DNA from: Malacoraja senta
Taxonomy: Eukaryota
Assembly: GCA_038087875.1 (NCBI GenBank)
Contig: CM075988.1
Span: 17,672,001-17,736,000 of the forward strand
DNA: 64,000 nt
Direction of reading: 5' to 3'
The notes below the pieces were generated by a model. That model was given only the letters and a program-made list of their open reading frames with translations, did not search any database and had not been told where the DNA came from. The position numbers were made by a program, and so were the translations under genes. Each line of letters begins with the position of its first letter. Position 1 is the first letter of the stretch. Positions 1-14,690 of the stretch are shown here, one piece after another.

Positions 1-253
1 GGTTCTTTATTGTTAGATGTATCGAGGCGCAGTGTCATTTTTTTTTGCATACAGTTCAGTAAAGTATTACTTTAATTAAGCACAATCTTAGATTAAGTAC
101 AAAGTGTAGAGAAATGGCCCACTGAAACAATGTCCGAATCACCAAGTTTTGGCGCCATTATCAAAGTCCAAATTGCTTTGGGTGCAGCTGGCCATAAAGG
201 CCCGTTGACCTGACGGCGTTGCTGGGTTGGACTTGGACTCCAGAATCTCTCTG

Positions 254-1260
254 TGCATCAATGTTGTTCAGGCACCTGCAATTAACTGTTTACTTTCTCC
301 TTGTATCTGACCTCCCAAAATGCAATACCATACCAGATTAAACTCCACAGGCCAATTCTCTTCAAATATCTGTTGCTGATCTATATCCTGCTGAATCCTT
401 TGGCAGATTTCCTTATTGTCTGCAATTCCACCTATGTTTGTGTCATCTGCAAAGTTAATAACCAAACCATATACATTTATGTCCAAGTCATATGACAACC
501 ACAGAGGTCCCAGCATAGATCGTTACGGAACAACACTGGTCATGAAACTCTACCCAGAATGCCACCCTTCCACACAACGCGCTTTCATCCTTGAGTAAAC
601 CAGTTCTGAATCGAAATGACCAACAGTGCAGAGAAGATTTACAAGGATGTTGTCAGGACGTGAGGGCCTGAGCTATCGGGAGAGGATGGGCAGGCTATGA
701 CCTTTTACCTTGGAGCACATAAGGATGAGGGGTAATCTTATAGAGGTGTATAAGATCATGAAAGGAATAAATAAGGTAAATGCCCATCTTTTACCAAGGA
801 TAAGGGTATCAAGAACCAGGCGACATAGGTTTAAGGTGAGGGGAAAGATTTAATAGGAACCCGAGGGGCAACATTTTCACACAGAGGTTGGTGAGTGTAT
901 GGAACGAGCTGCCAGAGGAGGCAGTTGAGGTAGGTACTATAACAGTATTTAAAGGGTATTCAAACAAGTACATGGACAGAAACGGTTGAGTGGGATATGG
1001 GCCAAACGCAGGCAAGTGGGAGTAATGTAGATAGGGTATCTTGGCCAAAGGGCCCATTTCTGTGCTGTATGTGTCTACGACTCTGTCACCAGAGATCTCA
1101 CGTATCTTAACCTTCTGGATCAGCCTATCATGAGAGACTTTATCAAATGCCATACCAAACTCCATGTAGCGAACATCCCCTACCCTACCCTAATCAATCA
1201 TCTTTGTCACCTCCTCAAAATACCCATTCAAGTTTGTAAGATATGATTTGTCCCACATAT
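254..1260. mobile_element. Nested CR1 fragments (minus-strand RT piece interrupted by a plus-strand 3' end at ~622-1080)
   Basis: FADDTNIGG..VEFN and AFDKVSHDRL on the minus strand; CR1 3' end on the plus strand. Confidence 0.7.
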
Positions 1261-2231
1261 AGTTGACTTTCCTCAAGTACCCCATTCTCTACCCAATGTG
1301 AGTAATTGACATTTGGATCTTGCTGCTAGATGAGCTGGTGGTAGCATATACAGTCACTAAACTAAGAGGAACTTGGACAAGCACGTGACTAGTCAAGACA
1401 TAGAAGTGGGCAAATGGGATTTCTGTTGATGTGCCGAAGGGCCCATTTCTGTGCTGTACACCTCAATGACTCTTCAATTCCACGGCTTTGATTGGTCTAG
1501 ACTGTTGCAGATACCCTGAGTGGCTGCATTTGGCTGTCTTCACTCAAGACTCACAGAGTATAATGCACCAATGTGATGTGAGAAATATATTTTTTTGCAA
1601 GAACATAAATGTAGCATAGTATTTCCAAACTGCCTGGGGCAGAGAGAGAAGCTAGTTTCAGTATTATCTATAATTCACACAGTTCATTCTCCTTTATGGT
1701 CCATGCACTTATCTTACTGAAGGATCTTTTTGAGGTCTCCACTTGCTCTCCCTCCTTCAGAACATCAGTCTGTTATCTTAAGTAAAGATTAAGAAAGGCT
1801 CATAAAATATTGGAATAAAGTTGCATAGTTGGCATGTGTTCAACAAAATAGTCTTGTTTTTTTTATATAGTTGAAGGTCACCACGTGTGCCCAAATCTTG
1901 ATTTCTGAAGATAGTATTATGTTTCACTGAGTAACGTAGGTATCTTAATACAGTTTTAAAGCTGGTGAATATATGGTGTCACAGAATAGAACTTATTGGC
2001 TTTTATAATAATGCATTTGTGCAGACTGGAACCAAAATAAATAATATGCTAGGTTTGATTACTGCACCCAAAGGTGGAATAGAACATTATTTTCTATCAA
2101 ACAAAACTACATTTTGTTTTATATTTTAATGTGTGGATAGAGCAGTATGTTGAGTGCCTCCATGATAGTTGGACTGTAAGGATAAAAGCACCTTGTGTAT
2201 GAATTGGAAAATTCAAATTTTATATTTCAAT

Positions 2232-3160
2232 GTCATTAAACTGGAAAGAGTGCAGTAAAGATTTACGAGGAAGATGCCAGGACTCGAGAGCTTGAGTTAT
2301 AAGGAGAGGTTGGTCAGGCTAGAACTTTATTCCTTGGAGTGCTGGATGCTGAGGGGTGATCTTATAGGGGTGTATAAAATCATGATGGGAATAGATAGGG
2401 TGAATGAAGAGTCTTTTACCCAGGGTAAGGGAATGAATGACCAGAGGACATAGGTTTAACAAGAGAGATGAAAGATTTAATAGGAATCTGAGGTGCAGGT
2501 TTTTCACTCAGGTGGTGGTGGAATGAACTGCTAGAGGAGGTAGTTGAGGCAGGTACAACATTTAAAAGATACTTGTGCAGATAGATTGATTGAAAAGGTT
2601 TAAAGGTATATGGACCAATGCGGGCAAGTGGGACTTGCTTAGGCGGGGCATCTTGGTCGGCATGGACGAGTTGGGCCGAAGACTTGTTTTCATGCCAAAT
2701 TACTCTAATTAAATTTAGGCAAGAATACTTTTGGTACCAAGTGCAATATGATGTCAAGCTTGCAGATGTTTACAATATTTTTAACGCCCTGTCCCTCTTT
2801 GTATAATACGAGGTGTTGAATTTAGGTAAGTAAAACCAGGGCAGGACCTGCACCAAAAGAGGTTGGGCCCTGTGGAGTGTTGTAAAACAGAGAGACCATG
2901 AGGTGAATGTGCATACATCCCATGAGAATGATGACAAGGGTGGGCATGCTTGCCTTCAATAGTCAGGGTATTGAATGCAGGAGTCAGGGTGTCATGCTAC
3001 AATTGTGCAACATGTTAGTAAGGAGGCCCATTTGGAGTATTGTGTAGTTCTGGTTGCCCTGCTGAAGGAAGGATGTTAAATTGGAAAGGATGCAGAAACG
3101 ATCTATAAGGATGTTATCAGAAAGATTTGAGCTATTGGGAAAAGCCAGATAGGCTGGGCC
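2232..3160 (+). mobile_element. Decayed CR1 fragments
   Basis: ctggaaagagtgcag..agatttacgagg, ccagaggacataggtttaa and ttggagtattgtgt motifs. Confidence 0.7.
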
Positions 3161-5439
3161 AACCTCTTGCCTGCCCGGAAGCCAAGGAGAGGCGAAAATA
3201 AAGGAATTTTCATTGTATAATTGTTCATGTTTCTCCTGTAGGTGGTAAAGAAATTAGAAACCCCATGATTTTTACCATCAAGTTTGTTAATTCAGTACTA
3301 TTATCCTTTCAATTTCGTTCAAAAATCAGTTTAGTGGTTGCTGGTTGTCTTCCAATTTTGTATCCTCAATAAATGTTGACTTGCACATCAGTCTTAGGAG
3401 CCTTTATGGCCAAGCCTTGCCACTTGCATCATTGCATCACAATCTGCTTGTACTAGCAATTGCTTACGGCTCTTTGACCTAATGGACAGAATTGTTATGG
3501 TTAGCTAGGGTTTACTTCAGTATACCGACCAAGAACCGACTTGAGGGATCTTGCTTTATGTCCTGTGACTGATTGTGCAGTTGCCCAAGAGTTGTGAGAT
3601 TAGTTTCCAAATGAGCCTGTACATAGGCTCTGTGAATTCAGTACTTCACGCCAGGGCTTAATTCAATGAATGATTGACTTCTCATTTGATGGAATGGCAG
3701 CTCACAATCCTACCCCTTCCCCGTGCCTCCCCCCCCCTTTCCCACCCACCTTGTCAGCTTGATAATTTCCCCTTTGTACACTCATCTCACATTCCTGACT
3801 CGCCCATTTCCCTTTAATCCCCCTTATTTTCCCTCCCCCCTGTTCACTTCCACCCATATCCCTCCCTCCGGCTTTACATTTCACTCCTCCTCTTCTCTCC
3901 TTTTCTTACAACCTTTTGTCTCCTTTTCACCTCTAGCCTTTGTCACTTACTCCCCCCACATGCCAGTAAAACCCTCCCCTACCTACCTCCACCCATGTAC
4001 CAGTAAAACGCTCCCTACCTCTCACTTGCCAAACTTTGTCCACTCGCCACCTCCCTGGAGGGTTCATCAATAAGCCTCTGCATGAGGATGAAGTCACACA
4101 AAATGATCAGCATGTCTCTGAGTTGGCAATTAACTGCGGGAATTGACCTGACTATTAGAAAGATGATATGCATTTTATGGCATAATGCTCTCCAAGTTAC
4201 GGAGTAGAATACTGATGTATTTCCATGGCTAATGTCACAAACACTTGGTAATACATTAAATTCACCCAATAGTTTAGCGTCTGATATGACCAGCTGAACT
4301 AATGATTGACTTGGTAAAGAGCATTCCCATTTGTATGTTAGTCACTGGGCTGATTCCTGGACTTGTATTGCATAATCATGACCTTCTACTTGCATCACCG
4401 TCACTTTATCTAAATGAGTACCGTCTGCGTAAAAGGAGACTCGAGATGATCATTAACCAATGTGGTTTTCCATTTCAAAAACAAAACTACTATCAAAATA
4501 ACATTTGTCACTTCTGCAACACACCCAAAAGTGCATTGTTCTCTGAAAACATTTTGAACTCAATGGTAGAAACCTAAATTAGAGACGCATGTAAACTGCA
4601 GGTGCCGGTTTACAAAAGAGACACAAAGTGTTGGAGTAACGCAGCGGGTCAGGTAGCAACTCTGAAGGACATGGATAGGTGACGTTTCAGGTCAAGACCC
4701 TGCTTCAGACAGATTGTAGTAGAAAACAGTCCCTTTGGTCCAACTTGGCCATGTGGACGAGGACGCCCCATCCATGCTAGCCCCACCTGCCCGCTTTTGG
4801 CCCATATCCCTCTAAACCTTTCCTATCCATAAGTAGAGGGGAATAAGTTCAGTTTAGTTTACAGATCCAGCATGGAAACAGGCCTTTTAGCCCACCGAGT
4901 CCATGCCCACCATAGATAACCCGTTCATACTAGTCCTATGTTCTTCCACTTTCGCATATGCTCCAAATAGACTAGGGGCAATTTACAGAGGCCAATTAAC
5001 CTTTCTGTTATAAATCCCATCTAGGCCAAAGCGAGGGAGGAATTCGTTTTCTAAAATGAATAGTGCGGTCATGTTTGGGTAAGAACACATGGGCAAAGAA
5101 AGCAGGAAAATAAATAACAGTATAACTAATGGGAAGGGACGGGACGTTCTATTGAACTTGAAGGGGCATGTTTAGATGTAGTGAGAAAGGAGTGAAGTGT
5201 GCAGAAACACATTGCTAGATGGAACATTGAGGCAGGATAGCACAATCTCATGGAGAGATTTAAGATGGAAACAAGATATTCAAAATAGTGTCATGGGGTC
5301 TTCTACTTCCACCCGACACATGGGGGACGTTCAAATCTCTCTAGAATTAGATTCAAGCCCACAACCTAGATATAGGCAACACTCTCCTCATTGCATTAAA
5401 GATTGTCATTATGTTGTCAAACATTTCTCCCTGAACCCA

Positions 5440-5950
5440 TGCAAATGGAGAGCCGCGAGCGCGGCGGGAGTATTCAGGGGAGCTGCGCGCACGGCGGGAG
5501 TATCCCAAGGAGCCACGTGGGCCCGACTCACCCTCCAAACCACTGCACCGCGGACCGGAACCCGCCCGGTTGGCCCGACTTGTCCCCACAGGCTGCGGTG
5601 TTGGGGAGGCCTCGTGGCGGCAGCGGTGAGGCCTCGCGGGTCGACCAGAGGTCAGCGGTCAATGAGAGCGTGGGGGAACCGCCGTGAGGGGGGGAGGGGA
5701 TGAACAATGGAGGACCCCACGTGGGGGGACCGCCTTGAGGGAGGGGAAGAACAATGGACAATGGAGGACCCGCCGTGGGGGAGGGGGAAAACAAAAGGGG
5801 GACTGGGGAGGGGGCGGAGAACAAAGGAGGAGATGGCGTACTTTGTAACTTTGTCAGCGCAGAAGGTGGCTGCTATTTACATACCTTGGGTATGCAAGCA
5901 AAGAATTTCACTGTGCCTTGTAACATGTGACCATAAAGTACTCCATTCTA
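5440..5950 (+). mobile_element. GC-rich non-autonomous retroelement fragment with LINE-like tail
   Basis: CpG-rich body ending aagaatttcactgtg..catgtgaccataaagt, a tail motif shared with other LINE ends in the window. Confidence 0.45.
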
Positions 5951-6618
5951 CATTATCTAATGACTCATCCCTTTGTGGGATCTTGTGTTACTAACTAACT
6001 GGCAGCTTTATCATTGACAGCACTTAAAAGTTGGTAATTTTTATGATACATTGGGATACCTGACACAATCAATGCAAATTAAATACTCTTTTATCTTGTT
6101 TTTGTGAACAATGTAACCATCCACAGGGAACAAGCTAAGAATAGTAAGGAACCGTAGATGCTGGAATCTTGAGGAAAACACAAAGTGCTGGAGGAACTCA
6201 ACCGGTCAGGCAGTATCTGTGAAGGGAATGGACAGGTGGCGTTTCTGGTTGGGAGACTTCTTTTGTCTAAAGTCTTAAATGTCGCCTGTCTATTCCCTCC
6301 ACAAATGCTGCTTGACTTTGTGTTAAGCTAAAATAAATATACTCTAAATATAAAATAAATATAAATAAATGACCACAAAGCTAAGTGTAAAGTGTAACAA
6401 ACTGCATACTGAAATTTCTTATTGATGCCTGTGAATGCAGTAGTAATGCTGTTATTACAGAACATTTTATTATTAAATATTTTTCAATTAATATTTGCAC
6501 ACACTGATTTTTATTATATTGTTTATTATATTGTTTACGGTATACTATGTTTACATATTCTGTTGTGCTGTTGCAAGTAAGAATTTCATTGTTCTATCTG
6601 GAACATATGACAATAAAA

Positions 6619-6621
6619 CTC

Positions 6622-6711
<90 letters not shown>

Positions 6712-6750
6712 ACTCTCTCTCTCCCTCACTCTCTCTCCCTCACTCTCACT
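6619..6750. repeat. (CT)n microsatellite
   Basis: Directly visible. Confidence 0.95.
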
Positions 6751-7167
6751 GGAAACACTCAAGAACCATGAAATAGCTTTGTGTTTTCTTGAGTATATTT
6801 TCCAAAATCCATGTGCGTTGATTATTTCTGTCTCCTGTATTATTGAATGGGGCTACACTTGCACTGATTATTAACGTCCCCTAGATTGTTGAGCATGACT
6901 CATGGTGATTTAGTGGTAGTGCACTGAATATTACTGTCCACTGTGTTAAAAGTCGAGTTGAGTCAAGAGTGCTTAATTGTCATCTGTACTGACAACAGAA
7001 GAGTGATATTTTTTCATCCTGCGGCTTAACAGGCCCATAAAAATATGTCGATAACTAAGAGGGTGGTGGGAATATGGAATGAGTTGCCAGAGGAGATAAT
7101 TGAGGCAGGCATTATAACAGCATTTAAAAGATACTTGGACAGGTACATGGCTAGGAAAGGTTTAGAG

Positions 7168-7990
7168 GACACAAAGTGCTGGAGTAATTCAGTGGGTCAG
7201 GCAGCATCTCTGGAGATAAAAGAATGGGTGACCCTTCGGGTGGGGACTCTTCTTCCGACTGAAAGTAGGGGATGGGAGGGGAAGGTGAGGAGCAGAAGGT
7301 GAGAAACCTATCAGGGCCAGCCACAAATGACCTCAGGCAGGGCGGTACCTGGTAGGCCCATTGTTGGCTCGGGAAGCTGTGATCCCAAGAGAAACAATGA
7401 GGAGAATTATGGAACTGGTAAAACAACTAGGGAGGAGAAATGGGGCAAGGAGAGAGGGGGAGGGGAAGGGAGTATGAGATGAAGTGACTTAAAATTAGAG
7501 AATTCAATGTTCAATTGGGTTGTAAGCTACCCAAGCAAAATATGTGGTGCTGTTCCTCCAATTTGCTTGTGGCCTCACTCTGGCAATAGAGGAGGCCAAG
7601 GACAGAAAGGTCAGTATGGGAATTGGAAGGGGAGTTGAAATGGCTGGCAACCGGGAGATCCCATAGGTCTAGGCGGACCGAGCACAGGTGTTCAGTGAAA
7701 CGGTCACCAAATCTACGTTTAGTCTCGTCCATGTACAGGAGCCCACGTCGGGAACATCGGATGCAGTAGATGAGGTTAGAGGAGATACATATGAACCTCG
7801 GTCTAACCAGAAAGGATTGTTGGGGTCCCTGGATGGAGTGAGTGAGGAAGTATAAGGACAGGTGTTACATCTGCAAGATGTGTTTAGTGGTGTTTAGTTT
7901 GGAGTTGACGGGAATGTCGGGGGATAATGTGTTGGATGTGGAGGCTGCTGGGGTGAGAGAATGTAGAGTGTGGAGAGAATTCCCTGAGCA
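7168..7990 (-). mobile_element. Penelope-like element fragment
   Basis: ORF 7511-7732: ETKRRFGDRFTEHL..LPVASHFNSPS..LEEQHHIFCLGSLQP (GIY-YIG endonuclease C-terminal half). Same terminal repeat as the 61.3-61.46 kb copy. Confidence 0.8.
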
Positions 7991-8104
7991 TCCACTCTAC
8001 CTATCAGGCCTTTCGCATAGAAATAAGTTCAATTCAATCCGACAGTCCTTCCTTGCTCCCTGGAAATATCCTCTCCCCATCCATTCTATCCAGGCCTCTA
8101 TCAC

Positions 8105-8780
8105 AGGTAGATAGGGTTGTCATGAGGGCATTCAATTCATTGGCCTGTATCATTCAGGGTACTGAGGATATAAATTGGGGTTAGACACAAAAAGCTGGAG
8201 TAACTGAGCAGCATCTTTGGAGAGAAGGAATGGGTGACGTTGTTATGTCACAGTTGTACAAGACGTTGGTGAAGCCACATTTGGCCGCATTCAGTTTTTG
8301 TCACTTTGCTATAGGAAGGATGTTGTTAAACTGGAAAGAGCGCAGAAAAGATTTTTGGGGATGTTGCCAGGACTCGTGCTTGAGTTGAAGGCAGAGGCTG
8401 AGCATGCTCGGACTTTGTTCCTTGCTGCGCATGAGCCTGAGAGGTGTATAAGATCTTGATGAAAATTGACCTGGTAAATGCAGCCTTTTACCCAGAGCAG
8501 GGGAAGCAAGAACCATAGGACCTTGGGCAGAGGGGAAAGATCTAATAGTAACCTGAGGGGCAACTTTTTCACACACAGAGTGGTGGGTATATGGAACGAG
8601 CTGCCAGAGGAGGTAGTTGAGGCAGGTGGTATAACAACATTTGAAAGACAATTGAACAGGTGCATGGATAGGAAAGGTATAGAGTAATATGGGCCAAAGG
8701 CTGATCGATGGGTCTAGTGTAGATAGGGTTTCATGGTCGGCATGGGGAAGTTGGGCTGTTGTTTTCGTGCTGTATGACTA
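8105..8780 (+). mobile_element. CR1 3' fragment
   Basis: NLRGNFFTHRVVGIWNELPEEVVEAG. Confidence 0.8.
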
Positions 8781-10239
8781 CGAATACAGTCTTAGCCTCT
8801 CCTTATTGTTCAAGCCCTCAAGTCCTGGCAATATCCTGTTAATTCTCCTCTGCACTCTTTCCAGCTTAATGGCATCTTTCCTATTTCAAGGTGACCAGAA
8901 CTGAACACAATACTGCCAAGTGCGATCTTAAGATCTTGTACATCTGTATCAAAACATCCCAACTTCTATACTCAATTACCTGACTGATGCATTGATGACT
9001 GAGCACCAGTGGGTAGGCTTGGTGCATTGAACATGTGCTTAGAAGTAAAAAATGATTATTTTTTTAAAGTTGTGTGCAATTTAAAACAATACTGGATGCA
9101 CTCTTTAAATGTGATATGAAATGGTTGTTTGTGCTAATCAGTGGCATTTGGCATGTCTTCCTTCACCCTGGAGACCTCATTACACTCATGATGCTTTCAT
9201 TTTGCAATACAATTTAATTGAAAAATCGCTCTAGGTTCTATTCCAACAAGAAGCCAAAAGCAGTCAACATAATAATTTTAAGGGTATTTGAGAGAAAAGG
9301 TATTTGCAAGACTGGAGAATGGAACTGACAACCAAGACTGGAGAATGGAACTGACAGGATTCCTCTGCTAGATGCCAGCATTGCTTCGATGGTTGCGCAA
9401 CTTAGCCCCTTAGAATATTTCCTTTATACACACATCTGTGCGGCCAAATTCTGCTCTAATTCCATTTACACATTTGCAGATACCACTACAATAATGGGCT
9501 GGACCTTGAACAATAACAAGACAGTACAGGAAGGCGAGAGAGAGCTTAGTAAAGTGATGCCAAGACAGCAACCTCTCCCTCAATGTCAGCAAAATGAAGT
9601 AGCTGGTCATTGATTTCAGGAAGTGGGTAGCATATGCACTCCAATCTGTATGAATGGCATTGAAGTGGAGATAGTCGAGAGCTTCAAGTTCCTAGATGTA
9701 AATGTCAACAACAATTTGATGTGTTCCAACCACATTGACAATAGAGCCAAGAATGCACATCAATACATCTACTTCCTCAGATGACTAAGGAAATTTGGCA
9801 TGTCCCCAATGACTCGTACTAATTTCTACATGCAGTATAAAAAGCAGGTTTGACAATTGCTCTGCTCAAGACCATGAAAAACTGAGGAGAGTTTGGACTC
9901 TGCCCAGTCCCTTGTACCACAAAGTCTCTGTTAAACAAAACACTCCAGGACCCTGCTAAAGGCTCTACTTCATCTAATCCTATTTAGTTTATAATGGAAA
10001 ACTTCCTGTACAGGGTATTGAAGTAACACCATGAAATATTTCTGATGAATAAGTTGAATGATTACAGGTTTAGCAAAAGAGTCACCAGAAAAGAAGCAAT
10101 ACAATGCAAATTACTTTAATTTATTTGTTGCAACACAATTACAAGATTTCATTGCTCTGGAATTGATGCAGTTGGATAAACATACGAGGGAGAAAGAATG
10201 GAAATTTATGGATGGGAGGTGGTTTGTATGAAGCATAAT

Positions 10240-11005
10240 ACGATACAATACGATAGAACAAGGGTTCCCAACCTGGGGTAAATTTACCCCCACCCTGGGG
10301 GTAAATTTTGCCTACTCGGGGGGGTAAATTTGTTGATTCTGGATTTGTTAAAAACAGTATTTTAAAATTTCCCCTTTGTCAGATGCTTTATTATGGGAGA
10401 AGTGTAAACTCAAATTGCTGAACAAAACAGGGTGGGGGTAAATTAACTTTCGAAAAGTTGCCACGAGTAAACGGGACAAAAAAGGTTGGGAACCCCTGCG
10501 ATAGAACTTTATTTATCCCTGGAGGGAAATTGATCTGCGTCATAAAACACAAGATGAAGTTAAAGTGACGAGTGGAAAGAATTGAGGATGTGCAAAGATT
10601 GGGGGGGGGGGGGGGACGGAAATCAGTCTACCCCTCAATAGAAGGGGCAAGTGTTGTACAGTTTGATAGCCACTGGGAAAAGGGATCTCCTGTGGCGTTC
10701 TGTACTGCATCTTGGTGGAACCAGTCTGTTGCTGAAGGTACTCCTCGGGTTGACCAGTGTGTCTTGGACGGGGTGAGCTGTATTGTCCGAGATGCTCCGC
10801 AGTTTGAGGAGCAGCCTCCGTTTCAAGACCACCGCCCATGAATCCAACTCTGCCTCCAGGACAGAGCCAGCCTTTCTGAAGAGCTTGTTAATCCTGTTGC
10901 CATCCGTGGCCTTCGCCCTGCTGCCTCAGCACATAACAGCAAAGAAGATGGGACTGGCTACCACCGATTGGTAGAGCATCTGCAGCATCTTACTGCAGAT
11001 GTTAA
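10240..11005 (-). mobile_element. Rex1/Babar-like LINE 3' fragment (tail interrupted by the MITE)
   Basis: Minus-strand HP..RL..PRCSTERHRRSLFPVAIKLYN, typical of Rex1/Babar ORF C-termini. (tatcg)n-like tail. Confidence 0.6.
10259..10498. mobile_element. hAT-type MITE
   Basis: 8-bp TSD cgatagaa (10251-10258 and 10499-10506). TIRs caagggttcccaacc / ggttgggaacccctg. Subterminal ggggtaaattt repeats. Confidence 0.85.
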
Positions 11006-13377
11006 AGGCATTAACATAATGGATAAGGCTTTAGCTGAGTATGAACTCACATGGTTCATTTTCAGCGCATTGGCCTTCATCAGTCATAGTATTGAGTATA
11101 GCAGTTGGGAGGTCTTGTTACAGTTGTGCAAGACATTGGTGAGGCCACATTTGGAGTATTATGTTCAGTTTTGGTCACCCTGTTATAGGAAAGATGTTGT
11201 TCATTTGGGGAAAGGGTGCAGAGAAGATTTATGAGGATGTTGCCAGGACTCGGCGGCCTGCGCTTCAGGGAGAGGTTGAGCAGGCTGGGACTTTATTCTT
11301 TGGAGCAAAGGAAGATGAGGGCTGATATTATTGAGGTGTACAAAATCACGAGACGAATAGATTGGGTAAATACACAGTATTTTTCCTGTTTCCATCTCTA
11401 TGACTGCAACATAACTAGTTTGTGTGGTATGCAGACTGCATATTTACATTCATCGGTCAGGTGCGGATTATAAAAGTTGAGGTCATGTTCCTGTTGTATA
11501 AAACCTTGGTTAGACCACATTTGACATTTTGTGTATAATTAAAGTCCCCCCATTGCAGGAAGGATGTAGAGGCTTGCGAGAGGATGTAGAAGAGGTTTAC
11601 CAGAATGCGGCCTGGAATAGAGGATATTAACTATAAGGAGATTTGGACAAACTTGGATTGGATTGCAGTGGATGGTCAGTCACACATACCAGACTCCCCA
11701 CCAATGACTCAATCTACATTTCCCTCGGAAAAGCAGCCAACATAATCAAAAGAACGGTCTACCCTGGTCTTTCCTTCTTCTCGCTCCCATCCAGCAGAAG
11801 GTACAAAAGCTTGAAAGCATGCACCACCAGACTCAGGAACAGCTTCTTCCCCTCTGTAATCAGGTTTCTGAACAGTCCTTCCTTAAGCTAGGGTAGTTCG
11901 ATTCACCTCTATCCCTTTGAGGACATTGGATTTGGTTTATGAAACTGGTGTACTGCAATACTGAGAACTATATTCTGCACTCTGTATCTCCCCCTTTGCC
12001 CTATCTATTGTACTTGAGTTTAGTTTAATTTATTATTGTCACGTGTATTGAGTTGCAATAAAAGCTTTTGTTTGACTAGATTGTATTTATGTATAGTATT
12101 GTGTGATCAGATTGAAAGGCATGCAAAACAAAGCTTTTCACTGTACATCGATACTCGTGACAAAAACAAACCTAAACCTAGAGCGTCAGAGTGACTTGAT
12201 AGAAGTTTATAAACTGATGAGAGGCATAGATAAGGTAGATAATCAGAGCCTCTCGCCTAGGATGAAAATGTTAAATACTAATGGACATAGCTTTAAGGTG
12301 AGAGGGGAAAGAATTACAAGACAAGTTTTGTTTTTACACAGAGTGGTGTGTTCTTGGAACACATTGCCACATAGCATGCTGAAAGCAGATACAATAACAA
12401 TGTTTAAGAGGCATTTAGACAGACATGAATATGAAGGGAGTGGCGGAATATAAACTGAATGCAGGCAGATGTACAGTTTAAATTGGCTTCTGGTTGATAG
12501 GAACGTCATAAGCTTGAGGGCCTGTTTGTGTGCAGTACTGTTCTTTGTTCAGAGAAGGAGACCTTCCCTGTCCTTATCCTGCCTAACCATTCCAGACCAC
12601 CAACGTGGTTCATTCTGAATTTCTTGAGATACCACCTTTCTGTAAATGAATATATGTTTAATGGAATCACTTTACATCAGTAAAACTCGAGCTCAGTACA
12701 TCTGGCTGTGAACCTCAGCAACTGTGGGAAATAATAATGAACAGAAAGAGGCATGAGTTACTGCTTGGGTTAATCCCAAGGTCTCAGCTGAAAGCCTGAT
12801 CTACTACAACCAGTTCTAACCAAAACCACAATAATCCACTCAAAGGCAGTTACTCAATTCGTTCAAATGAAAATTTTGCCTCATTCTTAGATAAATTGTG
12901 GTACACTTTAGTTATTCACATATATCAGTACATTAATTCTGGAAAAGCTGCCCTCACTGCCCTAACATTTCTATTGTCCAGCTACTTAAAAAACACCACA
13001 CTCGGGTCATACAATTCAAAGCACGAGGTTTCACCAAAAATCCGAACTACTGTGATTTTCCCAGTGAAAAGTCATGAAAACAGTGTTTTTTTAAACTTCT
13101 ACAACACAGGATTCTAAAAAACGGTTTCATAAATATCCAAAAAGGTATGTTCACTGGTGGAGATTGTATATGATTGGAAGATCTGTTGAATTAAATTAGC
13201 TCAAATTTAAATGGACAGTACTAAAATATGAGAATGTTACCTCATTTTTACTTATAAACACACAAAGTTGGATTGGAATGAGACGCTGGTTTGGCCATGC
13301 GATGTGCTTCATCTGGAACCTTCAACAAAGCATCACCTTCTTTGCTGGAAAGCACACAAACACCCAAAAAACCCTCC

Positions 13378-13601
13378 GTGTAGGAAGAAACTGCAGATGT
13401 TGGTTTACACCGAAGATAGGCACAAAATGCTGAAGCAACTCAGCGGGACATGCAGCACCTCTGGATAGAAGGAATGGGTGACGTTTCGGGATGAGACCAG
13501 ACTTCTTCAGGAGAAGGGTCTCGACCCGAAAAGTCACCCATTCCTTCTATAGAGGCACTGCCTCTCCCGCTGAGTTGCTCCAGCATTTTGTGTCGATCTT
13601 C
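13378..13601. mobile_element. Inverted pair of Penelope-like terminal repeats
   Basis: 13380-13510 and 13511-13600 are the same terminal sequence in opposite orientations. Confidence 0.75.
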
Positions 13602-14339
13602 AAAAAAACCTTCAGAGGCAATGGTTACAGGACCAATTCCCACATCGACATCTCAGCGAAGCTGTTTCATTAGCTCCAGCACCGTAAAAATATTGAACTA
13701 TTGGAAGTGCCGTTATTTGAATCAGTTGTAGAATGAAAGTCCACTTCTCTACACTGGGCATGTCCTGAGGAAGAGCAGGGGAAAAGGACTTGTGCCTAGT
13801 GTCTCACGGACAATATTTATCTTTAACCAACAGATTACGTGATCATTATCACACTGTTGGCTGGAAGAGTTTGCTATTAACAAATTGGCTGTCTGGTTCC
13901 TATTTTGCAATTATTGCATTTCAAACGTACTTCATTATCTTAAAGTGCTTTCAGACATCATGGGTTCATGAAAGGCTCTATATAAATGTAAGTCTTTGTT
14001 TTCACTTTGACAATGAAGCTTCTATACAGGATGTATTTAAGTAGCAGTGCTGACGTATGAAGTGACTATTAAACCAGAAAGAGTTCTCCTAAACACATTC
14101 ATCTTTTTGCTCCCCTTCATAACACTTCTTGAAACATATGTCTTCTTTCAAGCTTAGGATCACCTGCCCTAATATCTGATCTGGCTAGGTATTGAACTTT
14201 CATCGATAGCACCTTGGAATGTTCTGCTACACAGATCTGTGGTATGCTCATGGGAATTTTGTACCCTGGCTCAGCCTCTGCAATCCACATGCCCTTTGTG
14301 GTTTTGTTACAGCAGCCCATGCACTGAAGAGATCGCTGA

Positions 14340-14690
14340 GGCTTGGATAGAGTGGATGTGGAGAGGATGTTTCCACTAGTGGGAGAGTCTAGGACCAGAG
14401 GTCATAGCGTCAGAATTAAAGGACGTTCCATTAGGAAAGAGATGAGGAGGAATTTATTTTGTCATAGAGTGGTGAATCTGTGGAATTCTTTGCCACAGAA
14501 GGCTGTGGAGGCTGTCAATGGATATTTTTTAAGGCAGAGATAGATAGATTTTTGCTTAGTACAGGTGTCAGGGGTTATGGGGAGAAGGCAGGACAATGGG
14601 GTTAAAAGGGAAAGATAGATCTGCCATGATTGAATGGTGGAGTAGATTTGATGGGCCGAATGGCCTAATTCTACTCCTATCACTTATGAA
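14340..14690 (+). mobile_element. CR1 3' fragment
   Basis: DRVDVERMFPLVGESRTRGHS..RVVNLWNSLPQKAVEA. Confidence 0.8.

Noticed and set aside
5197..5994. 168-aa and overlapping ORFs
   Set aside because: GC-rich repeat fragment; no protein motifs or splice structure.
9307..9356. 24-bp tandem duplication (similar ones at ~20502-20553 and ~40365-40402)
   Set aside because: Ordinary local slippage duplications with no further structure.
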